56,529 bases of DNA. Origin: Acidobacteriota bacterium. GTDB lineage: Bacteria > Acidobacteriota > Terriglobia > Acidiferrales > 2-02-FULL-67-57. The stretch is taken from the NCBI GenBank assembly GCA_022571295.1, contig JACZYA010000003.1:1-56529 (forward strand). The letters are read 5' to 3'. The notes under the pieces are model-generated. The model was not told the DNA's origin. It saw nothing but the letters and a program-made list of their open reading frames with translations, and ran no database searches. Positions 18,417 through 31,074 of the stretch are shown here, piece by piece; the stretch's first letter is position 1; each line of letters opens with the position of its first letter. A program made the translations under genes and the position numbers.

Positions 18417-19850
18417 ATGCACTGGCTGGAACCCAGACTTCAACTGCGAGTTACCCAGAGGCAGATTCTCACCCCTGGGTTGGTGCAAATGGTGAGTCTG
18501 CTGCAGCTCAACCGGCTGGAGCTGCGGGAGATGATTGAGCAGGAACTGATGGCAAACCCGGTGCTGGAAGAAGTGGGCGAAGACGGGTTGCCGCGCGAGC
18601 GGGAAGCGGTGGAGGACGGTTTCGAGAAAGCCGAGGCGGAAGTGGCGCCCGGCGAGCTGGGCGATCCCTTCGAAGAGTTCAACATGAAGGCGGTCTTCGA
18701 AGAGTATATGGACGCCACCGAGCGCCAGGGTGAGCGCGAAGAGATCGAGCGGCCCTCCTTTGAGAATTTCCTTTCTCCCCCCACCACCTTATCCGATCAT
18801 CTGCATTGGCAATTGGGCTTGACGACGACGACCGATGAGGTAAAGGACGCGGCCCGCTCCATTATCGGCAATCTCAACGAAGAGGGCTACCTGTCCGCCA
18901 CGCTGGAAGAGATTACCACCAGCGATGAGCATGAAGTGTCAGACGTGGAAAAGGCATTGGCGCTGGTGCAGGAGTTCGATCCGGTGGGGGTGGCGGCGCG
19001 CGACTTGAAGGAATGCTTGCTGCTGCAACTGCCGGCCCTGGCTCCGGAAAATGTGTTAGCCCAACAGATTGTTCGTGACCACCTGAAACAGTTGCAGAAT
19101 AAGCAATACCGCGACTTGGCTCGGGCCGTGAACCGGCCGCTGCCGGTAGTGATGACGGCAATTGACGTGATTAGGGGGCTCGACCCGCGCCCAGGGCTCC
19201 GCTACAACCGGGCGCAAGCCCGCCTGGTCGAACCGGAGGTTTTCTTCGTCAAGGTGGGTGACGAGTACAAGGTGCTGCTGAACGAAGATGAGTTGCCTCA
19301 GTTGCGGCTGAGTTCCGTGTATCGCCGCCTGTTGGACCGTCGCACCGCTCCGCGCGAGGTGCGCAGCTACATCCGCGACCGCTTTTCCGCCGCTATCCAG
19401 TTGATGAAGAACATCGCCCAGCGCAAGCATACCATCCAGCGGGTGGGGGAAATAATTGTGCAGCGCCAGCGCGATTTTTTGGATCGAGGGCCCGACCATC
19501 TGAAGCCGCTGATGATCAAAGAAGTCGCAGAAGAGGTGGGAGTGCATCCGTCCACGGTCAGTCGCGCCGTGGCCAACAAGTATGCCCACACCCCCCAGGG
19601 AGTTTTGGAGTTGCGCTCGTTCTTTTCGGAATCGGTGGGCGGTCCTCTGGGGCAGGATACGTCACTGGTCACATTGAAGCGCCGGGTGCGGAAGATGATT
19701 GAGGAAGAAGACGCGGCCCATCCGTTGACGGATGAGCGTATTGCCCAGCGCCTGGCGGCCGAGGGAATCAAGGTGACGCGGCGCACAGTGGCCAAGTACC
19801 GTGAGGATATGAAAATCCCCAGCACCCACCAGCGACGGGTGAAGAACTGA
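18417..19850 (+). CDS. rpoN: RNA polymerase sigma-54 factor
   Basis: NPVLE, HPSTVSRA HTH, RpoN box variant TRRTVAKYRE. Confidence 0.97.
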   Translation: MHWLEPRLQLRVTQRQILTPGLVQMVSLLQLNRLELREMIEQELMANPVLEEVGEDGLPREREAVEDGFEKAEAEVAPGELGDPFEEFNMKAVFEEYMDATERQGEREEIERPSFENFLSPPTTLSDHLHWQLGLTTTTDEVKDAARSIIGNLNEEGYLSATLEEITTSDEHEVSDVEKALALVQEFDPVGVAARDLKECLLLQLPALAPENVLAQQIVRDHLKQLQNKQYRDLARAVNRPLPVVMTAIDVIRGLDPRPGLRYNRAQARLVEPEVFFVKVGDEYKVLLNEDELPQLRLSSVYRRLLDRRTAPREVRSYIRDRFSAAIQLMKNIAQRKHTIQRVGEIIVQRQRDFLDRGPDHLKPLMIKEVAEEVGVHPSTVSRAVANKYAHTPQGVLELRSFFSESVGGPLGQDTSLVTLKRRVRKMIEEEDAAHPLTDERIAQRLAAEGIKVTRRTVAKYREDMKIPSTHQRRVKN

Positions 19851-19877
19851 AAAAGATCCCGGGCGTTCCCTCGTTCT

Positions 19878-20807
19878 ATGCCGACACAGCGTAGCCGTTC
19901 GCGGCGCACCTCCCGCCCCAAGCGACGCCGGGCCCGCCAAACGGCACCCCTGGTGATCGTGACCGGGTTGAGTGGTTCGGGCAAGGGCTCGGTGTTGAAG
20001 GCGCTGGAAGACCTGGGTTACTACTGCGTGGACAACCTGCCGATCGATTTGATTCCCACCTTCGCCGACCTCTACCTCAAAACAAGCGGGGAGGTGCAGC
20101 GGGCCGCCCTGGTGGTGGACATTCGCGAGGGCGAGGCATTGGAAAAACTCCCGCGCGTGTATGAGAACCTGCGCCGGACCGCCCCGGCCACGTTGGTTTT
20201 TGTGGAAGCCAGTGATGACGCTTTGCTGCGGCGCTTCAGTGAAACCCGGCGGCCGCACCCGCTGGGGGCTGACCTGCCCTTGCGGGAAGGGATCCGGCGC
20301 GAGCGCAAATTGCTAAAGCGCATCCGGGCGCGCGCGGAAATTGTGATCGATACCACCCGGTTCAATCCCCACGAGCTGCGCCGGTTCGTGGAGGAGCGCC
20401 TCGTGGAGACGGACCAGAACCGGGCGCTGATGATTTCCCTGGTGAGCTTCGGGTATCGCTACGGTGTGCCGCCCGATGCTGATCTGCTGTTCGACGTTCG
20501 CTTTCTGCCCAACCCCAATTTTGTTCCCGCCTACAAGTCGCTTACCGGGAAAGATCGGCGGGTGGCGCGGTACGTCTTTGCTTTTCCCCAGGCGAAGGAG
20601 TTCATGAACCGTATCGTCAAACTTTTGCTCTATCTTTTGCCGCACTACATCCGCGAGGGTAAAAGCTACCTCACCATTGGCTTCGGGTGCACCGGCGGAC
20701 GTCACCGTTCGGTGGCCATCGCGCAGGCCGTCCGGGAAAAACTGGCAGGCAGCAAATACGAGGTCAAGATTTCTCACCGCGACTTGGGCAGGGGGGCCTG
20801 GAGTTGA
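19878..20807 (+). CDS. rapZ: RNase adapter RapZ/YvcJ P-loop protein
   Basis: TGLSGSGK, VDNLP, SETRRPHP, DVRFLPNP, GCTGGRHRSV. Confidence 0.95.
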   Translation: MPTQRSRSRRTSRPKRRRARQTAPLVIVTGLSGSGKGSVLKALEDLGYYCVDNLPIDLIPTFADLYLKTSGEVQRAALVVDIREGEALEKLPRVYENLRRTAPATLVFVEASDDALLRRFSETRRPHPLGADLPLREGIRRERKLLKRIRARAEIVIDTTRFNPHELRRFVEERLVETDQNRALMISLVSFGYRYGVPPDADLLFDVRFLPNPNFVPAYKSLTGKDRRVARYVFAFPQAKEFMNRIVKLLLYLLPHYIREGKSYLTIGFGCTGGRHRSVAIAQAVREKLAGSKYEVKISHRDLGRGAWS

Positions 20808-20833
20808 CTTTGCCAAAAGTAAACTCCTATGGT
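20804..20833 (+). promoter_or_regulatory. Candidate sigma70 promoter of the msbA-yicC-gmk operon
   Basis: TTGACT-N18-TATGGT. Confidence 0.5.
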
Positions 20834-20882
20834 TAGGCGTCTTGTGGCCGCAGCGCTGCGTGTGTTGTACAGGTAAGAAAAG

Positions 20883-22727
20883 ATGCGCAACTTGGGACAT
20901 TTGCTCAGCTACGTCCGCCCGCATACGAGCTGGTTGCTGGTGGGCGGGGGGTTGATGGCCGCGGTCGGGGTGCTGGAAGGAGCGACCGCGCTGCTGTTCT
21001 GGCCGCTCATGCAGGTGGTACTCCAACCGGGGGGTGCCAGCCAGCAGATTGTGCTCTTGGATATTCCTGCGTTCGACAGAACCTACTACCTCCAAGATGT
21101 TTTCCCGCTGCCGGTAGCGACGGCCGCTTATCTGGTGGTGGCGATAATTGTGTTGGTGTTTGTCACCAAGGCGGTCAGCGAGTACCTGGGGGAATACTGC
21201 GTCCACCGGCTGGGCTACTCGGTGGTGATGGACCTGCGCAATCAACTCTATGCGCACACGCTGCGGCAGTCGTTGAGCTTCTTTTCCCGGCAGTCCACCG
21301 GGCAATTGATGTCGATGGCGATCAACGACATTGAGCGAGTGCAGCAGGCAGTCTCGCACGTCCTGACCGATTTTTTTCGCCAGGCCTTTGCCTTGCCCGT
21401 TCTGCTTGTGCTGGTGTTTGCGATTGACTGGAAGCTGGCGCTGGCGTGTTTCCTGACCGTCCCGTTGATCGTGATTCCGATCTCACAGCTCGGGCGACGG
21501 ATTCGGCGCATCAGCCGCACGGCCCAGGAACAATTGGCCGGCTTGAATCAATCGTTGCAGGAAACTTACAGCGGCGTACGCATCGTGCAGGCGTTCGGCG
21601 CCGAGAAGAGGGAAGCCGATCGGTTTCGGGACCGCGCGCGCGCCCTGTTCTCCACCTACCTGCGCTGGGTACGTCATTACGCCGTCGCCTCGCCTTTAAT
21701 GGAGGTGCTGGGGGCCGTGACAGTGGGCGGCTTGGTGTTGTTGGCACGCCAGCGGATCGAGGCGGGCGTGGTGAGTTCGGGTATGATGATCACGTTCGTG
21801 GTGACGCTCATCAAAGTTTATCAGCCGGTGAAGCGATTGGCGGGAATTTACAGCCAATTCCAACAGGCCCTGGGAGCGTCGGAGAGAGTCTTCGAGTTCT
21901 TGGATCACCGGGAGGAAGTGTGGGAGAAGCCGGATGCAGTGGAGATGCCGGCGTTTTCCGGCCAGGTTGAGTTTGACCGCGTTGTCTTTTCTTACCCGGG
22001 TGGACAAACGTTACTGCGCGAGATTACTTTCTCCGTGCGCAAAGGCGAAGTGGTGGCGCTGGTAGGATCAAGTGGAGCCGGCAAGACCACCCTGGTGAAC
22101 TTGCTGCCGCGCTTCTTCGACGTGACCAAGGGAGTCATTCGCATTGACGGGCGGGACATTCGAGATTTCCGCGTGGCTTCCCTCCGCGCCCAGATCGCTT
22201 TCGTCACCCAGGAAACGGTTCTGTTCAACGACACGGTGGGAAACAACATCGCCTACGGGCAGCCCGATGCTCCCCAGGAGGCGGTGCGCGCGGCGGCGGC
22301 GGCGGCCCTGGCGCACAACTTTATTGCCGAGTTGCCGCATGGCTACGATACCCATATTGGAGAGCGGGGTGTGCGGCTGAGCGGAGGCCAGCGGCAGCGG
22401 CTGGCCATCGCGCGCGCCTTGCTGAAAAATGCCCCCATCTTGATTCTGGACGAAGCGACATCGGAGTTGGATATGGAGTCGGAGCTGCTGGTGCAGCGCG
22501 CGCTCGCGAACCTGATGCAGGGCCGCACCGTTTTTGTCATCGCGCACCGTTTGACCACCATTCGCCGCGCGGACAAAATCGCAGTGTTGGAAGACGGCAC
22601 CATCCGCCAAGTGGGAACACACCCGGAGTTGCTGGCTCGCGGGGGCCTCTACCAGCGGCTGTACGAGATGCAATTTGTGGACTTGGACGCGCCGATGCCG
22701 GCCGTGCCCAGTGGGGGGAGCACTTAA
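20883..22727 (+). CDS. msbA: MsbA-like ABC exporter (TMD+NBD), probable lipid A flippase
   Basis: 6-TM domain plus GSSGAGKT, LSGGQRQR, LDEATS, IAHRL; near the lpt genes. Confidence 0.75.
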   Translation: MRNLGHLLSYVRPHTSWLLVGGGLMAAVGVLEGATALLFWPLMQVVLQPGGASQQIVLLDIPAFDRTYYLQDVFPLPVATAAYLVVAIIVLVFVTKAVSEYLGEYCVHRLGYSVVMDLRNQLYAHTLRQSLSFFSRQSTGQLMSMAINDIERVQQAVSHVLTDFFRQAFALPVLLVLVFAIDWKLALACFLTVPLIVIPISQLGRRIRRISRTAQEQLAGLNQSLQETYSGVRIVQAFGAEKREADRFRDRARALFSTYLRWVRHYAVASPLMEVLGAVTVGGLVLLARQRIEAGVVSSGMMITFVVTLIKVYQPVKRLAGIYSQFQQALGASERVFEFLDHREEVWEKPDAVEMPAFSGQVEFDRVVFSYPGGQTLLREITFSVRKGEVVALVGSSGAGKTTLVNLLPRFFDVTKGVIRIDGRDIRDFRVASLRAQIAFVTQETVLFNDTVGNNIAYGQPDAPQEAVRAAAAAALAHNFIAELPHGYDTHIGERGVRLSGGQRQRLAIARALLKNAPILILDEATSELDMESELLVQRALANLMQGRTVFVIAHRLTTIRRADKIAVLEDGTIRQVGTHPELLARGGLYQRLYEMQFVDLDAPMPAVPSGGST

Positions 22728-22729
22728 CC

Positions 22730-23626
22730 ATGTTGCGCAGCATGACCGGATTCGCGCAGGCGAGTGCGCAAGAGGATACCTGGGGCTTGACGGTTACGGT
22801 GCGCGCATTCAATCATCGCTTCTTGGACTTGCGTTTTCGCCTGCCCGGCGATCTGGAGGCGGCTGAATCGCAGTTGCGGGCGTTGGTGCGTGGCCATGTG
22901 CGCCGGGGCCATCTGGACGTGCGGATGGAGATGGAGCGCAACGGGCGTCCGGCGTTGGAGGTGGATCGAGACTTCGTGCGGAGTTATCTGCAAGTCCATA
23001 TCGAGCTGCAACGTGAACACAACCTGAGCGGTGAACCCGATTTGACTGCGCTGTTGCGGGTCCCCGGGGTTTTGCGTCGTAGTGAAGCCGCACTGAGCGG
23101 AGAAGATGCGGTTCGATTGGTGGGCTTAGCCGAAACAACTCTGAGCGAGGCTTTGAAGCGGTTGAACGAGATGCGGAGCCGGGAAGGCGCAGCCCTGGAG
23201 AATGAGCTGCGCGGGCGCTTGGGGAAGGTTGAAGCTGCCCGGGGAAAGCTGGCTGAGTTGGGCGAGCGCGCCTTGCCGGCTTTTCAACAACGCCTGCAAA
23301 AGCGGCTACAGGAATTGCTGGCCGGAGTTTCGCTGGAGCCGGCCCGGTTGGCCCAGGAAGCGGCCTACCTGGCTGAGCGGAGCGACATCAGCGAGGAGCT
23401 GATGCGCTTGGCCAGCCATGCCAATCAGTTTGGTCAGTTGCTGGACAGCAAGGCCGAAGCGGGCAAGCAGTTGGATTTTCTGCTCCAGGAAATGAACCGT
23501 GAGACCAATACCACGCTCTCCAAAGTGCCGAACCTGGGAGCGGAAGGTTTGGAAATGACCCGCCTGGGGTTGGAGATCAAGGCGGAGATTGAACGCCTGC
23601 GCGAGCAGGTGCAGAACGTGGAGTGA
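22730..23626 (+). CDS. yicC: YicC/YloC family endoribonuclease
   Basis: MLRSMTGF, NHRFLD, DISEELMRL, GKQLDFLLQEMNRE, EQVQNVE. Confidence 0.95.
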   Translation: MLRSMTGFAQASAQEDTWGLTVTVRAFNHRFLDLRFRLPGDLEAAESQLRALVRGHVRRGHLDVRMEMERNGRPALEVDRDFVRSYLQVHIELQREHNLSGEPDLTALLRVPGVLRRSEAALSGEDAVRLVGLAETTLSEALKRLNEMRSREGAALENELRGRLGKVEAARGKLAELGERALPAFQQRLQKRLQELLAGVSLEPARLAQEAAYLAERSDISEELMRLASHANQFGQLLDSKAEAGKQLDFLLQEMNRETNTTLSKVPNLGAEGLEMTRLGLEIKAEIERLREQVQNVE

Positions 23627-24324
23627 CGGTGGCGGCGCAACCTCGGGTGTTCATCGTTTCGGGGCCGTCGGGCTCCGGCAAAACCACGGTGGTGGAGCAT
23701 TTGTTGCGAGCAGTGCCGGATACCATGTTCTCCGTGTCTTATACAACCCGCAAGCCGCGCGCGGGCGAGCAGGACGGCCGCGAATACTCTTTTGTCAGCC
23801 GGGAGAAGTTTGAGGAAATGATCGCGCGCGAGGAGTTTTTGGAGTACGCCGATGTCTTCGGGAATTTGTATGGCACGCACGCCGGCGTACTGGCGGAGGC
23901 CGAGAAAAATAAAAAAGATTTGGTGCTCGACATTGATGTTCAAGGAGCGCGCCAAGTGAAGGCAAAGCTGTCGGGTGCAGTGGCGGTCTTCCTGCTGCCG
24001 CCGTCGCGGCAGGAGCTGGAGCGGCGCTTGCTCGCTCGTGGGCAGGATTCCAGTGAGGTCATTGCGCGGCGGTTGGAGATGGCGCGGCGAGAAATCGAAA
24101 GCTACGACAACTTTGATTACTTGGTGGTCAATCACGACCTGCAAGAGACCTGCACGCAGGTGGAAGCTATCGTTCAGGTGCGGCGCGAGCAATGCGGAGC
24201 CAGCGGGGCAGCGATTGCGGGGCGGGCCAACTCGTTCCACGCACAGGCGGCGGCCGCCCGCCGGGAGACCACCTCCGAGCGAGTTTCTGGTATTCTAGAG
24301 ACGTTTGGTTCAAGCAGCGCGTAG
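23623..24324 (+). CDS. gmk: Guanylate kinase
   Basis: GPSGSGKT, SYTTRKPR, NLYGT, DIDVQG. Confidence 0.96.
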   Translation: MTVAAQPRVFIVSGPSGSGKTTVVEHLLRAVPDTMFSVSYTTRKPRAGEQDGREYSFVSREKFEEMIAREEFLEYADVFGNLYGTHAGVLAEAEKNKKDLVLDIDVQGARQVKAKLSGAVAVFLLPPSRQELERRLLARGQDSSEVIARRLEMARREIESYDNFDYLVVNHDLQETCTQVEAIVQVRREQCGASGAAIAGRANSFHAQAAAARRETTSERVSGILETFGSSSA

Positions 24325-24337
24325 GAGTGTAGAGGGA

Positions 24338-24577
24338 ATGATCTCTATCGACAAAATCGACCAAAAGTTCGTGTTCATCCTGGCTGCTGCCAAACGGGCG
24401 CGGCAGTTGCAGGGAGGCGCCAAGCCGTTGATCCAGGCGAGCGTCCGCAAGGCCACGCGAGTAGCAATGGAAGAAGTGGGCGCTGGCGCAGTTCCGTTTG
24501 AGGTTCCTCCGATGGAAGAGCACAGCGCGGACGGAAAAGAGAAGAAGCCGAAGAGTAAAGCACGAAAAAAGACATGA
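24338..24577 (+). CDS. rpoZ: RNA polymerase omega subunit
   Basis: KFVFILAAAKRARQL...VAMEEV; located between gmk and coaBC. Confidence 0.92.
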   Translation: MISIDKIDQKFVFILAAAKRARQLQGGAKPLIQASVRKATRVAMEEVGAGAVPFEVPPMEEHSADGKEKKPKSKARKKT

Positions 24578-25806
24578 AGATTGCACTGGGGGTCAGCGGC
24601 TGCATCGCCGCCTACAAGGCGGCGGAGTTGGTGCGCCTGCTCCAGCAGGAAGGGCTCAGCGTGCAGGTGGTGATGACCAAGAGCGCGCAGGAGTTTGTGC
24701 GCCCACTGACTTTTGCTGCTTTGACCGGGCAGAAAGTCATCACCGAGATGTTCGGGGGCGGCGCGGAGCCGGCGAACGTCGAGAACGCCGTTGAGCACAT
24801 CGGGGTTGCGGACAGCATTGACGCGCTGGTGGTCGCGCCCGCGACCGCCAACCTGCTGGGCAAGCTGGCACAGGGGATTGCGGATGACTTTCTGACCACG
24901 CTCTACCTGGCGACCAAGGCGCCGGTGCTGGTGGCGCCGGCGATGAACGTGAATATGTGGCAGCATCCTGCGGTGCAGGCCAACTTGGCGCAACTGCGGG
25001 AGCGAGGCGTGGCTGTGGTCGAGCCTGACCAGGGCTATCTGGCGTGCGGCTGGACCGGGCCGGGCCGCCTGGCAACGCTGGAAGAGATCGTAGCGCGGGT
25101 GTTGACTCTGCTGGGGATTCGAAAGGATTTGGCGGGCGAGACGGTATTGGTCACGGCCGGGCCGACCTGCGAAGACATTGACCCTGTCCGCTACATCACC
25201 AACCGGTCTTCGGGGCGGATGGGGTACGCCGTGGCGGAGGCCGCGCGGCGGCGTGGGGCCGAAGTGATTTTGGTCAGCGGGCCGACGGCCATTCCCGTGC
25301 CGAGCGGAGTGCGGGTGGAGCGCGTTCGTACCACTGAGGAGATGCGCCAAGCCGTGCGAGCGGCGTTGCCGCAGACCACGGTGGTAATCAAGGCGGCGGC
25401 GGTGGCGGACTTCCGGCCGGCGCGGACTGAGAAGCACAAGATCAAGCGTCGGCGGGGCGAGTTGAAGTTGGAGTTGGAACCGACGGCAGACCTGCTGGAG
25501 GAAGTGGCGCGGGAGAAGGGCAGCCGCTTGCTGGTCGGGTTTGCCGCCGAAAGCGAAAATGTGGTGGAGAACGCGCGGCTCAAGTTGGAGACCAAACACC
25601 TGGACCTGGTGGTGGCGAACGACATCACCCGGGAAGGGGCGGGTTTTGACGGAGAGACCAACATCGTTACGCTGCTCAGCCGCGACGGGCGGCAGACCGA
25701 CCTCCCCAAAATGAGCAAGCAGGCCGTGGCCGACCTGATCCTGGACGAAGTGGTGCGTTTGCGAAGCCGGGTTGAATCCGGCCGGGCACAGAGTCTGCCA
25801 AGATGA
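24574..25806 (+). CDS. coaBC: Phosphopantothenoylcysteine decarboxylase/synthetase
   Basis: GCIAAYK, APAMNVNM, LACG, DPVRYITNRSSGRMG, GFAAE. Confidence 0.97.
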   Translation: MKIALGVSGCIAAYKAAELVRLLQQEGLSVQVVMTKSAQEFVRPLTFAALTGQKVITEMFGGGAEPANVENAVEHIGVADSIDALVVAPATANLLGKLAQGIADDFLTTLYLATKAPVLVAPAMNVNMWQHPAVQANLAQLRERGVAVVEPDQGYLACGWTGPGRLATLEEIVARVLTLLGIRKDLAGETVLVTAGPTCEDIDPVRYITNRSSGRMGYAVAEAARRRGAEVILVSGPTAIPVPSGVRVERVRTTEEMRQAVRAALPQTTVVIKAAAVADFRPARTEKHKIKRRRGELKLELEPTADLLEEVAREKGSRLLVGFAAESENVVENARLKLETKHLDLVVANDITREGAGFDGETNIVTLLSRDGRQTDLPKMSKQAVADLILDEVVRLRSRVESGRAQSLPR

Positions 25807-26588
25807 GCGAACCGCGCGAAGAACACCTGCGCGACTGGTTGAGTTTTGCTGAAGAGTTGGGATTGACTCCTTTTTATCGCCGGCGCGCAGCACCGCAAGG
25901 TTCGCCCCTGCCTGCGCGGAAAATTTCTCTGCCAGTCATCGAAGATCCGACACCGACGGTGCCGATGGTTTCGATGGCCCATGAAACTCCACAGACAGCC
26001 TCCTTGTTTGGCGAGGTGCCCGGACACGTGGAGGGCGACACGCTGGAGAAGATTCGGGCTGACATCGGTGATTGCCGCCGCTGCAAGCTCTGGCCGCACC
26101 GCGCCAACATCGTCTTCGGTGTAGGTAATCCTCGGGCTGAACTGGTGTTCGTGGGGGAAGGGCCGGGAGCGGACGAGGACGCGCAGGGAGAGCCGTTTGT
26201 GGGCCGGGCCGGGCGGTTGCTTAACCGCTGGATCGAAAGCATGGGGCTTACGCGCGACGCCGTTTATATTTGCAACGTGGTCAAGTGTCGCCCGCCCGCC
26301 AACCGCACCCCAGAGAAGGACGAGGTCGAAACCTGCTCGCCGTTTCTCTTCCGACAGTTGGACGCGATTCGCCCCAAGCTGATTTGCTGTTTGGGAGCTT
26401 CCGCCGCCAAGGCTTTGCTGGGGAAGCCGATCGCCATCACCCGCGTTCGTGGCCAGGTGTTCGATTACCGTGGCAGCAAACTCTTTCTGACCTACCACCC
26501 TGCCTATTTGCTGCGGCCGCATTCGCCCACAGTGGACCGCGAGATTCGGCAGGACTTGGAAAAGATCCGCACATTCCTCTCTGCCTGA
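25803..26588 (+). CDS. Family 4 uracil-DNA glycosylase (Fe-S)
   Basis: CRRCKL, VGEGPGADED..GEPFVG, NVVKCRPP, TYHPAYLLR. Confidence 0.93.
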   Translation: MSEPREEHLRDWLSFAEELGLTPFYRRRAAPQGSPLPARKISLPVIEDPTPTVPMVSMAHETPQTASLFGEVPGHVEGDTLEKIRADIGDCRRCKLWPHRANIVFGVGNPRAELVFVGEGPGADEDAQGEPFVGRAGRLLNRWIESMGLTRDAVYICNVVKCRPPANRTPEKDEVETCSPFLFRQLDAIRPKLICCLGASAAKALLGKPIAITRVRGQVFDYRGSKLFLTYHPAYLLRPHSPTVDREIRQDLEKIRTFLSA

Positions 26589-26596
26589 GAGCCGCC

Positions 26597-28843
<2,247 letters not shown>

Positions 28844-28845
28844 TG

Positions 28846-29838
28846 TTAGTAGTACAGGTGGAAGGGAACAGGGGTGAAGCAGAGCAGGAAGACCAGCAGG
28901 CCGAGGGCGGCGACCCAGAGCCGCTTGCGATCAAGCGTCTGGACGGGCTCGAGCACGGTGGGATGACGCGTACCCATGAGCCGCAGCAGGATGCCCCAGA
29001 AGGTCCAGCCAAACCAAATCGTCTCCGGATAGAGCAGGCCAAAGAGGCCGATCACAAACAGTAGAAAAATAAACAGGCGCGAGAGGGAGCGGTGCCTGCT
29101 GGGCGCGACCGCGTAGAGGATGTGGCCGCCATCGAGTTGTCCCACCGGCAGCAAGTTCAACGCGGTGGCGAACAGGCCCACCCAGGCGGCGCGACCGATG
29201 GGGTGGAGGAAGAGCTGGTCGAGGGGCACGTCCGGGCGCAGCAGCTTTGCCAGCAGTTCCATCAGGGGAGGGTTGCCAAAAACAATTGCTCCTTGTGCGA
29301 GCGTGCCGGGGATGGCCTTGGAATAGAGAATGCCGACAATCAGTGCGGGCACGGCGACTGCAAAGCCGACCAGCGGTCCGGCGATGCCGACGTCGAACAA
29401 GGCGCGCCGGTGGACGATGGGCGATTGAATGCGAATGAAGGCGCCCATGGTGCCGATGAGGGTGGGCGCAGGAAGGAAGTAAGGGTAGGTGGCGTGGATG
29501 CCGTAGATGCGGCACGCGAAGTAGTGGCCCAGCTCGTGCGCCAGCAGGATTCCCATCAGGGCGAGCGCGAAGGGCCAGCCCGAGAGCAGCGAGAACGGGT
29601 TTTCGATCACAGGGCTGAAGAGATCAAGCCAGGAGAAGAATTCAGTGTAGGGATATTGATTTTGCTCGAAGGCGCGGGTCAGGTGGGCGCCCACGGTGAG
29701 CGTGCTGACGATGGTCAGCAGGAACAGGAGCAAGGGCAGCTTGACCCGGCGACGCGGAGGTGTGACTATCCGCACCGGAATGCGGATGGGTTCCGGGCCG
29801 GGTGGCAGTCGTCCGTGAGTGGAAAAGCCGTTGCCCAT
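28846..29838 (-). CDS. Site-2 protease (M50) membrane metalloprotease
   Basis: HELGH, AGP, LNLLPVGQLDGGH. Confidence 0.93.
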   Translation of the reverse strand: MGNGFSTHGRLPPGPEPIRIPVRIVTPPRRRVKLPLLLFLLTIVSTLTVGAHLTRAFEQNQYPYTEFFSWLDLFSPVIENPFSLLSGWPFALALMGILLAHELGHYFACRIYGIHATYPYFLPAPTLIGTMGAFIRIQSPIVHRRALFDVGIAGPLVGFAVAVPALIVGILYSKAIPGTLAQGAIVFGNPPLMELLAKLLRPDVPLDQLFLHPIGRAAWVGLFATALNLLPVGQLDGGHILYAVAPSRHRSLSRLFIFLLFVIGLFGLLYPETIWFGWTFWGILLRLMGTRHPTVLEPVQTLDRKRLWVAALGLLVFLLCFTPVPFHLYY

Positions 29839-29967
29839 GGAAACAATTATATCGAAAAAGGAGAAGCGGAACTTGCATCACACTCGAAAAGCGACGGATC
29901 AGAAAGGGTGAGCGGCAAGAAACAACCGGACCGGGATTCTTGGTTCAAGGTTGGCGGGGCGGCTGCG

Positions 29968-30237
29968 CTAGGTGAGGTTTTGCAGTTCTTTTCCGGGCTT
30001 GAAGCGGACAGCTTTGCCTGGAGGGATGGTCACCTCTTCTCCTGTGCGGGGGTTGCGGCCGATGCCGGTCTTGCGCGGGCGGACATTGAAGACGCCGAAG
30101 CCGCGCAGCTCAATCCGTTCGCCGCGCTCCAGCGCCCGCTTCATGGCTTCGAAGACGGTTTCCACCGCCAACTCGGCCTTGGACTTGCTCACCCCGGTGC
30201 GGCTGACGACTTGGTTGACAATATCCAACTTGATCAC
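29968..30237 (-). CDS. hup: HU/IHF family DNA-binding protein
   Basis: GGAGG RBS then GTG 30237; [21 protein letters not shown]. Confidence 0.93.
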   Translation of the reverse strand: MIKLDIVNQVVSRTGVSKSKAELAVETVFEAMKRALERGERIELRGFGVFNVRPRKTGIGRNPRTGEEVTIPPGKAVRFKPGKELQNLT

Positions 30238-30332
30238 AACATCCTCCGACCGTGCTTGGGTTTCCCGCTTCCTACCGAGGCGAGAGCGCAGGTTCAGACC
30301 TGCCGATGGCAAGTCAACCGGACAACGCGCGT

Positions 30333-30384
30333 ATGCTATGAACCGTATGGGTTATTGTCAAGCGGCATTTGCTCGCGTTACACT
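30333..30384. promoter_or_regulatory. Overlapping divergent sigma70 promoters for hup (-) and dcd (+)
   Basis: Minus strand TTGACA(30361-30356)-N17-TAGCAT; plus strand TTGTCA(30355)-N18-TACACT. The -35 boxes overlap. Confidence 0.55.
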
Positions 30385-30475
30385 GCGGACTGCGCCCACC
30401 GGTTGGATGAGGAGGGGCCAGGCTCCGCATCCAGCATGCGGGCGGAGCCGCGAAACTTTTTCCGAGAGGGTGACT

Positions 30476-31030
30476 ATGCCGGTAAAGTCTGACCGTTGGA
30501 TTCGCCAGATGGCGCGCGAACAGCGCATGATTGAACCCTTTGCGGAGGCGCAAAAGCGCGAGGGGGTGATCAGCTACGGGCTGTCGAGCTACGGCTACGA
30601 CATCCGGGTGGCGGACGAGTACCGCATCTTCACCAACGTCAACACCGCCATCGTCGATCCCAAGAACTTCGATGCGCGCTCGTTCGTCGAGTACAAAGGA
30701 GACATTTGCGTCATCCCGCCGAACTCGTTCGTGCTGGCGCGGTCGGTGGAATACTTTCGCATTCCGCGCAACGTCCTGACCATCTGCCTGGGGAAGTCCA
30801 CCTACGCGCGCTGCGGCATCATCGTTAATGTCACCCCGTTCGAGCCGGAGTGGGAAGGCTACGTCACGCTGGAGATCTCCAACACCTCGCCGCTGCCGGC
30901 GCGCGTCTATTCCAACGAAGGCCTTTGCCAGGTCATCTTTCTGGAATCTGACGAGCTGTGCGAGGTCTCCTACAAGGACAAGAAAGGCAAGTATCAGGCT
31001 CAGCAGGGAATCGTCCTGCCGCGCGTTTAG
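30476..31030 (+). CDS. dcd: dCTP deaminase
   Basis: [35 protein letters not shown]. Start reassigned to ATG 30476. Confidence 0.96.
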   Translation: MPVKSDRWIRQMAREQRMIEPFAEAQKREGVISYGLSSYGYDIRVADEYRIFTNVNTAIVDPKNFDARSFVEYKGDICVIPPNSFVLARSVEYFRIPRNVLTICLGKSTYARCGIIVNVTPFEPEWEGYVTLEISNTSPLPARVYSNEGLCQVIFLESDELCEVSYKDKKGKYQAQQGIVLPRV

Positions 31031-31074
31031 CGTGCTGCTCGGGCGCCGCTTGCGGCCACAGGAGTGTTCCGCTA

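Noticed and set aside
24310-25893. 527-aa minus-strand ORF (and similar long antisense ORFs at 15616-17271, 29092-30492, 11992-13110, 43576-44622)
   Set aside because: Shadow frames of well-supported genes in GC-rich DNA; no recognisable motifs.
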